Shown here piece after piece: positions 12,531 to 23,800 of a DNA stretch of 64,000 nt. The stretch covers positions 558,001 to 622,000 of the forward strand of contig CATNEN010000026.1 of NCBI GenBank assembly GCA_950097015.1. Direction: 5' to 3'. The DNA comes from Macrostomum hystrix. Lineage: Eukaryota > Animalia > Platyhelminthes. The notes beneath the pieces are model-generated. The model was not told where the DNA came from. It worked only from the letters and a program-made list of their open reading frames with translations, and searched no databases. The translations under genes were made by a program, and so were the position numbers. Positions within the stretch are counted from its first letter, which is position 1. Each line of letters opens with the position of its first letter.

Positions 12531-14149
12531 TCCCAAACCTGAACCTCAAGAACCGACTACTCAAGATCCCACTACTTAAATCCTAACTGAAAATCCTAGA
12601 TCTCAAAAATGTCATTATCTAGAATTATCCCATGAATGTAAGAATTGAGAACCGCGAATATTAGTAGAATTATCCCAGAACATCAATTCTAGCTTCTCTT
12701 ATTTAGTTTCCAAATCTTCTATGTGTAAATACATTACTTTTTTCTCTCTACATCGCCTCATCTCGTCACCTGGCTATCACTCACAGAGACGAACAACTGC
12801 TCTAACTAACGCGATCTCTTCTTAGCTAATTCTGACTCAAGAATTTTTTGTGTTGCCATTGTTGCTTCTACTGTTGTCAAAATAAAAGTTTTTTTTTACT
12901 TACGTCATTTTTTGTTTTACTCCGACTCGTTTCCGGGTTTTGGTTCTTTTTTATTTTGTCTACAGTTTCTGCCAACGATGGTTTTATAGTAACTGTTCTG
13001 TTTAAAAGGCACTATTCGAAAAACACTCACTAATGCTACTATATTATTGTGCCTCTTGTTTGCTATTATAATTATAATTAATTTTTTTCTTTAATGCTAT
13101 CTTAACACTCGACCTCTATTCATAGGCCGATTATTGCAATAAAAATGGCGTTGAGTTATCATTTTCTCATTCAATTTCACTTCGCTGCGGATTAGTAGTT
13201 GGATTATCTCTGCTTTAATCCGATGCCTCCCGCTTCTGTTGCTCTTGTCGGTTGTGTTGAAAGGACTCCCAAAAATAGATTTCGTGCGCATACTACACTA
13301 CTGACGCAGTTTTATTAAGTAGAGCATTCAGCGTTCAGCTGTGCTCGATTTCAGCATTGATCTTCTTGTTCCCCCCTCTTAAAAATAAAAGACGCTTAAG
13401 AAAAGTGATTTGCCTTGGCCATGCTTTTTGCATTACATATTTGTCTATTTACAAACGCCTTCTACCACTATGTTCTGAATCCCCAAAAAACTTTGTTTAT
13501 GGCAGGAATTTATCTTAGTTTTTTTGCTTTTCTGTGCCTACTCGCTAGAGAATGTACCTCTGAATTAGGTCGAGCCATTTTGTTTTTTTTTAACTAAAAT
13601 ACTCAAACGTTCTCTATGATTGAACTAAACTGCCCTGTCCCATTAGATGGTGATATTATTATTCTTATTGCTATTGTGTCATTTTGTTGAATTAATTACC
13701 TTAATGGGAACCATTAGCTTGTATTAAAAAATCCCATTATCTTATCCTATTTTGCCGCCACCTTTTGTACTTTTTGTTGCCACTCTTTCCTCCTACCAAA
13801 ATAGATTGAAACGCGTCAACCTGTTTGCTTCTTGTTTGGACACTTGCACGTTGACGCCGCTGACTAAATTGATTTTTAAACTATTTAATTTACCTTAAAA
13901 GGCTTTGCGTTTCTGCGACTGTGCTGTTAATTACTACTACTATTTTTATTATTAACGCTTACTATTTGCTATGATTGCTAACTGAATTTATACTACTTAC
14001 TGTGCGTTATTCATATTATAGTTATACTGGTGTATTGCAGTTCGCGCTGCCGCCGTGCTTTTCCGGCCGTTGAATTTGGAACAAGTCTGTCGCGTCTCGC
14101 TGAATATACATTTTGAGACATGTCTGAGTCTTTTGTCCTGGCCATATGC

Positions 14150-14990
14150 TCTTCTGACATCCCACGGGCTCTTCTGACATCCCACGGGCTCTTCTGACAT
14201 CCCACGGGCTCTTCTGACATCCCACGGGCTCTTCTGACATCCCACGGGCTCTTCTGACATCCCACGGGCTCTTCTGACATCCCACGGGCTCTTCTGACAT
14301 CCCACGGGCTCTTCTGACATCCCACGGGCTCTTCTGACATCCCACGGGCTCTTCTGACATCCCACGGGCTCTTCTGACATCCCACGGGCTCTTCTGACAT
14401 CCCACGGGCTCTTCTGACATACAACAGACTCTTCTGACATACAACAGACTCTTCTGACATCCCGCAGACTCCTCTGACATACAGCAGACTCTTCTGACAT
14501 ACAGCAGACTCTTCTGACATACAACAGACTCTTCTGACATACAGCAGACTCTTCTGACATACAACAGACTCTTCTGACATACAGCAGACTCTTCTGACAT
14601 ACAACAGACTCTTCTGACATACAACAGACTCTTCTGACATACAGCAGACTCTTCTGACATACAACAGACTCTTCTGACATACAGCAGACTCTTCTGACAA
14701 ACAACAGACTCTTCTGACATACAGCAGACTCTTCTGACATACAACAGACTCTTCTGACATACAGCAGACTCTTCTGACATACAACAGACTCTTCTGACAT
14801 ACAGCAGACTCTTCTGACAAACAACAGACTCTTCTGACATACAGCAGACTCTTCTGACATACAACAGACTCTTCTGACATACAACAGACTCTTCTGACAT
14901 ACAACAGACTCTTCTGACATACAACAGACTCTTCTGACATACAGCAGACTCTTCTGACATACAACAGACTCTTCTGACATACAGCAGAAA
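14150..14990. repeat. 20-bp tandem repeat in two variant blocks (CTTCTGACATCCCACGGGCT, then CTTCTGACATACA(A/G)CAGACT)
   Basis: Direct periodicity; all three minus-strand frames are open only because the unit has no stop codon. Confidence 0.93.
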
Positions 14991-15544
14991 GGCCAATTGC
15001 TCTCCCACAATTAACCTGTAGTTGGTGACTGCAAATCGAAAATTGTTGCCCAATAAACCAGCTCTGCACGCGAGTCCAATTGAAATATGCAACTGAAATG
15101 TAACCCTTATAAACTTACGCTTTTTTGCTACACTAGTTGCCATGGCCACGGATGTCATTGCGAAAGATAGGCACACTAATGCTGATGGCCACCAGTTCTA
15201 AGCCAAACTGGTGCCCAAAGTGAAGGCGAGCGATGCTTTCTACCTCAATAGTCGGTGACTCCTTTTTTGCCAGAAAACTTAAGCCATATGCGTCATCTAT
15301 ACTGTCTTCCTGTCCCGTTCATGCGCAATAAATGATCCCATGCAGTTGCAAAAATTTACCCAACAAAAAATAAAATAATTTACAGTCGCATTGAAACAGC
15401 AATGCTCAACATTTTGCCTTCGAAAGAAAACAAGAGGCTGATTGCGTATGAAAATATTTTGGCTTCACTCCATGACTTAACCAAGCATTACATAAGAAAC
15501 CAGAGGCACATCTGTAGCTGCAAAATAGCTTCCAATTATGCAGT

Positions 15545-18500
15545 TTAATTGAATCTAGACATGTACATTAACACGTGCCAATCGTCTCGCGCCGCACCGT
15601 ACAGCTCGTGGCACACAGATTTAATGTGCTGACTCCGTTTGGTGTCCATACCAGCCTGACTGCCCCGATGATCCAAAATGTTCATGGTGGATTCAAAGAC
15701 GTCGGCTCCGCTTGATCCCACCGCTGCCACCAAGTGCTGCTTGTGGTGCAAGTCTCTAACCCTGTCGTGCGCAAAGTCGGCTAGAATTGCAGTCGTGACA
15801 GCGCGATAATCGTTCAGTTGGCGCATGCCCTCGTCGCCAATGTTGAACGCGAAGCGGCAAGCGTCTGCGGAGTCGTCATCGAAGCTGTGAAGTAGAAATC
15901 TGAAGACAATCGGTTTTTAAGTGATTATTTTAATTCATTAAAGCTCACTCCACCATCACCATCACCACCACCATCGCTCATCAGCTTTAAAATGTTAATT
16001 TCAAGTATTTCATAAGCTTGAAACTAATTTTTCCAATTCCAGATTTAGTCAGAAACGATACCTGTTTTCTTCTTAAAGTAATGTCCAAAAAATAAGATTT
16101 TGTTTGCTGTAATTACCTGGGCAGATTGCAGTGAATTTTAGAATTGCCAACATATAATGGCATAGTTTGGTAGCTGCTAATGTCGAATATGTTGAACATA
16201 GGAGCGCCAATGACGTTCTTAAACAGTAAGTGGTACATTAGTGCCTGCACAGGGCACACCGTCCTAATGTCGTAAAGAAGCATGCGACGCATCTGCTCAT
16301 AGTCAATTTCGTCTTCATTAACTTCTGATTTCATCAGGTCCACGTAGTGCTGAACGATTGTCGAACCCAACCTTTGTGTGTTCCGCTTAGCGTAGACTCG
16401 CTCCAGCGATCGTCTGAAGCCAGTCTCCACTTTGAAGCGGCTCTCGTTTCGTCGCCCTGTCGGAAACAGAGACCAATAATAGCCGCTGGCGGAGCTGCTG
16501 AAGAACACAACTGGTTTGTTCGCCATCTTTAGGCTCTTGTCGCGCAGTGCGGCTAGCAGGCTTGAGTTCAGGATGGTCGGAGGCAAGTGCAGGAGGCTCC
16601 TCTCTGTGACCTGTCTGCACAAGTGGTGTTCAGGGGTGGCGGCACATTCAGAGCATTATTCTCAGAGAAATCTTTCTCAAGCAAAAAAAAGAAATACGAT
16701 TCAAGACTTCCGAAGTCGGCCAATTCCAATAGCAATTTGATGCTTTGAGAGACTAACAATTAAGCTTACCTGGCCTCCATTTCTGGAAATTCGTCTAGGT
16801 AACTGTGCACTGTTCTCAGCCACTGAGGCATAACTCGGACAGTGTCATTCTGCGATAAATGATTTAGGCAGTCTGCAGACGCATTGTGCTTAAACTTCTG
16901 GTAGCACTCATCGATTTGATCCTGGCTGATATTCCAAGCTAGTGAGAACAGTGGCGATGGCTCCTGAAGAAACACGTCCTCCAAAATGGAACCCATACCT
17001 GACAAAGGTAGGATCTCTGGCGATGGATCAATAAGCCAGAATTTGTTGACATACACTGCCTCCGGAGATAGCAACAGCCTAAAATAGTAGTAAGATGCAA
17101 TTCAAGGGTCTGATTAAACGTTCATTTTGCTCTGCTGTTGCTTTTGTTGAGCAGAAATGCTGTATTATTATTATTAATTATTAATATGGGTTCTCGACTA
17201 AAAAAAAACATAAAAAGCGAAGTTTTGTAGGAATCAACTATTGAGCTGGGTAGGGAAAAGCAAATTAATTAAAAATAGAAGCAGTAAAAACACAAAGGAC
17301 GCCAGGGATAAAAAAATATGAAATATATATTGTTAAATGGTAATACGAGCTCGTAGACTCAGGGCAGCTGTTCCCTTGCTTAGAGAATTCTATGATGTAC
17401 TTTGCTAAAGCTTCAGTGGTTTCCCTATCGTCTTGTGTCGTTATATAGTTAGATTTCTCTTCTGCTGTTAAGGACGCGAAATTGGTAGTTTTCCTAGAAA
17501 TGTTCTTTTCAAAATTCGAACGTACGGCGCTATACATATTCCAACTGAAGTTAAAAAGGAAGTGGGCCTCGTTTTCAACTTCCTTGCTACATAATCTATT
17601 CTCATACGGAATTTTTGGTCTCGCAGTTCGCAATGTTTCGCAAGCTAGCTTATGGTTTCCTAGTCTAAACGAGGATATGGTACGTCTCAACTCCGGGTTG
17701 TATATTTGTTGTAAATATTTTTCGGCTGAATAATTTAGCTTAAAGTATTAATAGAAATGACTTAGCTTGCTTGAGTTCTGTGTCCTTTGTCTCCAATGGG
17801 TATCAAACTGAGAAACGAAATTTTTCCTGTGGTTTCTAATTGCTTTTGCAGGACTAATGCCTCTGTAGTTCAGCATAACCTCATTGTGATCTTTGCTTTG
17901 ATTCCAACATCACTGTATGTTTGGTCCGCTTATAACGGGAAAATTATGGAGTCCGGCCGGCTTGTTATGGAGGCCCAGTATGAAATGCTTCTTTTCTGGA
18001 TGTTGTATAATAATGCTCTGTCCCTTGAATAATATGGACTTCGTCTTGGCCTTGACTTCATACTGCATAGATTCCTGCCTTTTTGCCAAACCTGCACGCA
18101 GAGTGCAGTTTTAATTCCCGTGTACCGTATGTGGTCTCACAGATTCACTCACCAAAGTCCAAGTGTACCACCGGATCCTTCGCCAAGAAAAACAACTCGC
18201 CTAGCGTCTCCGCCGAAACTATCAATTGTCTTATTGATCCACAGCAGAGCTTGTGTAACATCGCGAATAAACAAGTTGCCCATGAAATTGTCGCGATTCA
18301 GGATTGCGGCGCCGTCCAGCCCGATGCGGTAGTTCACAGTGACGACAACGCAGTCGAGGCTTTCAACAACTTGCGCTGCTGGCATTATTGGTTTATTGTA
18401 CACTAAATCGTTACCTGTCACGAGGACAATCACCGGTCGCCTACCCTCGTTAAGTTGAGGTGTTGAAACGCTCAAACAAAGACTCTTAGCACTACCGACA

Positions 18501-19664
18501 ATCTCACTGGAATCGGGGCGCTGCAGCTGTGCCTGCCAAGATGATTTGTCCGACCCAAGCTTGACCATTACACCGTAGCTCCAGAAGAACGCGCCCTTCT
18601 CAAAGCTGACCATAGCCTTTTCTGGATTAAAATAGTAGTGCTCGAAGCAGTCCAGAAAGTTCTCCATAAAGTTGCTCTCCTCGAAGCGGTGCGAGTAGCT
18701 TGCGTATGGCAAGGCGTAGAACACCAGGTTCTTTTTTTTCTGCGTGTAATTAAATCAGGTGTCCTAGTCTTTCATTCATCTAAAGAAAAACTCCGAGAGT
18801 ACTGTGAGAGAGGTTTTTTGTGAATTAGGGAGACCCAAATGGCCATCGCAGTATTACTAATTTGTTCAGTGTAAAATTAGTGTTGGCGCGTCATGTGCAT
18901 TGATGATAAGGCCCAAAACTCACAGTATCCAAATCCTTTATGATGGCACATGGAGTACGCACGTGCTGAAAATCGAAGGTCTGCAGCAGCCGCAGTGTGT
19001 TGAAGTAGGTCGATTGTGACAGGAGGATGCTGATCAGCGCGTGACTTATCGCAAAGATAACGAGTGTGATAACAATCAGTACAAAAGATATTGTCCCCTT
19101 TGTTTTGTTGGCTGTGGCCAGGGCATTAAAGCAAGCCTTTGAGAGCAACAACTCACGGGCGCATAGGGGCTCAAACTGAATTGGCAACCGAATATTAGAC
19201 GTACGCTTAAAAGTGCGTTTCTGTCTCTTAGTTGATACTTTCTGTGCCGTATCTTCTCCAGACGCAGGTGTTTTCTGTTGCGTATCCTCGTCAGATGTTG
19301 GTCCATTCTGTTTCGTATCCTCGTCAGATGTTGGTCCTTTCTGTTTCGTATCCTCGTCAGATGTTGGTCCTTTCTGATTCGTATCCTCGTCAGATGTTGG
19401 TCCATTCTGTTTCGTATCCTCGTCAGATGTTGGTCCTTTCTGTTTCGTATCCTCGTCAGATGTTGGTCCTTTCTGATTCGTATCCTCGTCAGATGTTGGT
19501 CCTTTCTGATTCGTATCCTCGTCAGATGTTGGTCCTTTCTGATTCGTATCCTCGTCAGATGTTGGACGATTCTGTTGCGTATCCTCGTCAGATGTTGGTC
19601 CTTCCTTTTTCGTATTCTCCTCAGAATTTGGTGCATCTTGTTCCTGTTTCGTGTTGTCATCCAT
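15545..19664 (-). CDS. Neurotactin-like type II membrane protein with a non-catalytic carboxyl/cholinesterase domain (~829 aa)
   Basis: Exons 19664-18924, 18739-18153, 17078-16770, 16614-16117 and 15899-15545 (2490 nt, phase-consistent). Acidic N-terminal repeats, one TM segment (ISFVLIVITLVIFAISHALISILL), then COesterase motifs FYALPYA, VVVTVNYRIG and FGGDARRVVFLGEGSG. The nucleophile Ser of GESAG is replaced by Gly. The start Met at 19664 is assumed. Confidence 0.8.
17240..18090 (-). mobile_element. Decayed 3' fragment of a non-LTR retrotransposon (LINE ORF2 C-terminus) in an intron of the neurotactin-like gene
   Basis: Frameshifted peptides YNIQKRSISYW, WRQRTQNSSKL and EKYLQQIYNPELRRTISSFRLGNHKLACET...RLCSKEVENEAHFL resemble LINE post-RT regions; the zinc-knuckle Cys residues are lost. 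Confidence 0.7.
19280..19620 (-). repeat. 33-bp coding tandem repeat (GPTSDEDTxQK, ~10 copies)
   Basis: In frame within exon 1 of the neurotactin-like gene. Confidence 0.9.
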
Positions 19665-20880
19665 CTTTTTTCTTTGTTCTTCAATTCCGTTGTTATTTAG
19701 GTTTGATTCGCGTACAATAGATTAGGCAGCAAATTGTCGTGCTTTCGTTCGTTTTAGTAGTCTGCTTATTATTTACGTTAGAACGATTTCTTACTAAAAT
19801 TGACAGTTCATCAGCCACTATCAAATACTGATCACTCCAAGTATCGATATTAGTAGCTCAGTTCAGTTTTCGTGCTAAATGACTAAAAGTGACTAACTTA
19901 TTGTTTTCCTACTCTCGATATAAAAAAGAAGTTCATTCTGAAACTTTTTAAGTAAGGATGTATTTTTTACTTGACTTTGTGCCATAGAATCACAAAAAGT
20001 CTAATTTGGTGAAACGAATTGAACTTATGTAATTCCCACTATTGGTTTTAATAAACATAGACGTAGAGCTTGTAATTTTTTTAACACTGGGTTGCAATGC
20101 ATGTAGCTTTAAGTGGCATAAAACTTCTTTTTATGTATAACATATAAACATTTTTCTGTTTGTGATAAGGTGAAAACGCGAGAGTTGTTTTAGTAATGCT
20201 CGTCGTTTTATACACGCAGGCCTTCTCTATGTAGCCTCTACAATACAAAATGTAAAGTAGTCCATGCACAGAGGTATTGGAACATCGTAGCTGCAACATG
20301 GATTTGGGTATGAGCAAACAATGGGATGATTTGATCAATATTCCATCCACATGCGAGTTTGCAATCTTTGCTAGATATTCTAAACAATGCTATTCGCTTC
20401 GCTAAAATCGGCGGTAATGATATCAATATGTCGAGATATCTCTCCTAGCCTATTCTATTAAATGAGATGAGCGCATCATTGATGCATGGAAACTAAGGCC
20501 TTGAGCGCTTCTGTTTCGTACATTCTTTTCAGATATTTTTTCTTATGTTTCTTATGACTCCCTTATTTTGTGATTTGATTTAACAAATTAGGTTAAATCT
20601 GAAAGCCGATTAATTTTTTGCGAGTTTTATCTATTAAAACAAAGGGTTTGTATTTTATAGCATTAAGCTGAGAATATGCTGCCTTGTTATTCTGTTTATA
20701 ATAGAAAAAAGGTAAATTCCTAAAAAAATTGAATTACGTTCAGCTTATCAAAAAAGTTCAAATGGTTATTTCTCGTCATTTCGTGTTGCTCACTGTTTCG
20801 TTTCATTTCTTTATTTTGCTTCTGCTCGTATCGTATCTTATTTCATTGATAGTAAAGTTGTCTTTTGACTCCATGGTCGC

Positions 20881-23800
20881 ATGCTAAAATTTTTATCTCA
20901 TACTTTTAGGCTAATTTCAACAAGACCAACTTTTCGAACTAGTAATACAAAAATATCCTGCTCAAATATGTCCACAACTGCAGAAGAGAAGCTTAGCAAG
21001 AAGTAAGAGCCTTTCGTTGAACCTGCTTTTTGATTGATTGATAAATTTCGTAGTAAAAATACTGTTTTATGAATTTCGTTGGACTTAATAATACTTATTA
21101 TTATTATTAGGCTTTCCTAACTCAATAAAAGAAAACAATGTGATGATTTAGCAGCTTTAGCTCTAGATAGGCCTAGTCTCTTCTAGAAAAAACATTTTCG
21201 TATATATGGTCCATAGTCCGGATCATGCTGGACTTACGCCGGAGGAAAAATCCAACATTTTTGGCTCTTACGCCAGACTTACGCCAACCAAAAAAGGTCC
21301 CTCTGACTTACACCACCCAAAAAAAGGTCCTTCACAAATCATGTTAATCAGTGATTAATTAAATTCAGAAGTTGCAACTGTTTAAAAATCTCACAAGTTG
21401 CAAATTCTGAATCAAGTATCAAAGTAAGCATCTTAAAGCTAAAAAAACTTTTGCTATCCTACAATAGATATTCTGCTATCTCATTTATACGAACTGCAAT
21501 ATTTTAATGAACTTTGTTTTAATGCTGCTCCTAATTAACGCAAACATCATAATTAACGCAAATGTGTTATGTTCTATAGTGATACATATGATCGTGATTC
21601 ACGATCGTGGTGATCGTGGTTACGCCAACCACTTACGCCACCAGATTTTTTGGTCAAAAGTTACGCCAACCTTACGCCGACCAACATATTTACCAGCAAC
21701 ATTTACGCCGGAAATTTCCGCCGTAACCAGCATGATCCGGACTATGGTATATGGTCAATAGAAAATAAAAAAAAACTAAAGTGAGGTTTGCAATATAAGC
21801 TCACAACACTAGCCAGCTATCAGTATTCTACCACTTTTAACTTCAAATAGGCAAAAAACCAAGGAAACTAGCTAATTATGCTTTTAGCTGAACCAACACA
21901 ATCTATGTATTTTTTCATATAGATATACCATGTGCTAGCTGGGTTACCATGAAAATATTTGGCTGTGTCCTAGTTTCCAATATTAAGTTATTTTGACTCC
22001 AAAATGTAAGCAAACAGACAATAGCAAGTTTTTTTAAGTAGTAATATAGGTCATAACACTTAAATAGCAATATTATACAAAATTGTAATGGGTTAGCTAG
22101 TACTCAAAGCTATTAAAAAACTCAGTACCTGGACACTTCGTCATCTTACAACTTCGTCATCCAGATGACGATCTGTCCAATATCTTAGAGGGTGGATGAC
22201 GAAGAGACTTAGACTTGTGCCATAGTCAGGAAGGTGGCAGTTTGGTCGGAAAATTCCGGCGCACACAAGCCCTTTTTGGGCACACAACGGCGCACAACGG
22301 CGCACAGCGGCGCACCACAACAGCGCACAGTGGCGCACTGGCGCACAGCAGCGATCCCATGTAACGATGTAAGTCGTTACTTGTTACAGCACACTATTCA
22401 CTGTTCTATCTAATGTAACACTGCATTCTACAAAAAAAAATAAAAATAAAATATTTTCCTTTTCCTTTTTACCTTTGTTTTTGCCATTTGCTTACTTTTT
22501 ATGTTTGTTTAGTTTTAAAAATTAGAAATTAAAATAAAAATTTTTTAAATTTCTATTTTCGGTTTAACAATCTCAATTTCTCATAATATAATATAGATAG
22601 CCCGTAACCGTCCCGTACCCGTATTAACCATTATATTCTCTTGTCTCGTGACTCGACTCTCGTGTAACGTTTATTTATTTCATTCATTTATTCATTTATG
22701 AGAATAGAATGAGTTCGCCTTATGTAAATGCAAATGCTAGTAGTGATCCAGATCACTAGGGTTTATTGAAAATATTGGCGCACAAAAATTGTTGCTATGT
22801 TGTAAAAAAAGGTCTTTTATTGTCGCAAGGCAGGTAGTGGCAGGCGCACAACGGCGCACACGAGGGTTTTTGTGTCGGCGCACGGCGCACAATTTTGGGA
22901 GAGGCCAAAATTTGTTCCGGCGCACACTCTGCCACCTTCCTGACTATGGGACTTGTGGACACTTCGTCATCTATAAAACAAAAGTGTTCAAAGTTAGAAC
23001 AGAACCACCCCTCCCCACCCCTCCTCACATTGTGTTGGCACCTATTATTCAACACTTATAATGAAATCAGTTTTGACACCTCTTTTTTACAATTTAGAGT
23101 GTGAAGTGTGTTCACACCTCTGCCCCACCACCCTACATCCCCACCCTCACTTTATTGATGACAAACTGACCAAACTTTAAAGCATGCCAATTGGCTGGAT
23201 GATGAAGCGTCCTACCTTCCAAGTGGATGATGAAGTTGTAAGATGACGAAGTGTCTAGGATCCAAAAAACTCTTCTCTGGGTAGAGTTGGCACTAGAGGA
23301 ACATGCTGAAAAGGGAGTCAAAAAGGTTGTCATTAGTGCTAGTGCCATGTTGAATATAGAACTTTGCCTTCATATGTGTAGGCCCCTATAGGTGCCTTCA
23401 ATGATATTAGTGTGTTAGCCTTAGTCTCAAAGATGTAGTGTACGCTGGAATTCCTCTGGCATACACCATGGCTTAGGCCAATTTGGCATACAGTTTCTGG
23501 CATACAAAAACTCTGAAAAAATGAAATGGCGTACAAGTGTCTACAAGTAATAACTGGACAAGTGCAACTTTAATTGGCGTACAGTATTATAAAAGCCTAA
23601 CAAAACATAACTCGTAACATAACATAAGACATTTTAATTTTTTTATTATCTGCTCGCCAATATATAATTTAGTTTGTTATGTAATAAAAAACAAAATAAT
23701 AAAAATTGCAACAAATAAAATGTATTGATTATTACACAGTTTGTGGAACTGAATTTGTTTATTTTGTTTTACCTTTATCATGCATTTCTTTTTATTAATA

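Noticed and set aside
23281-23345. Peptide [13 protein letters not shown] resembling GAPDH
   Set aside because: About 13 residues with no flanking similarity; probably chance.
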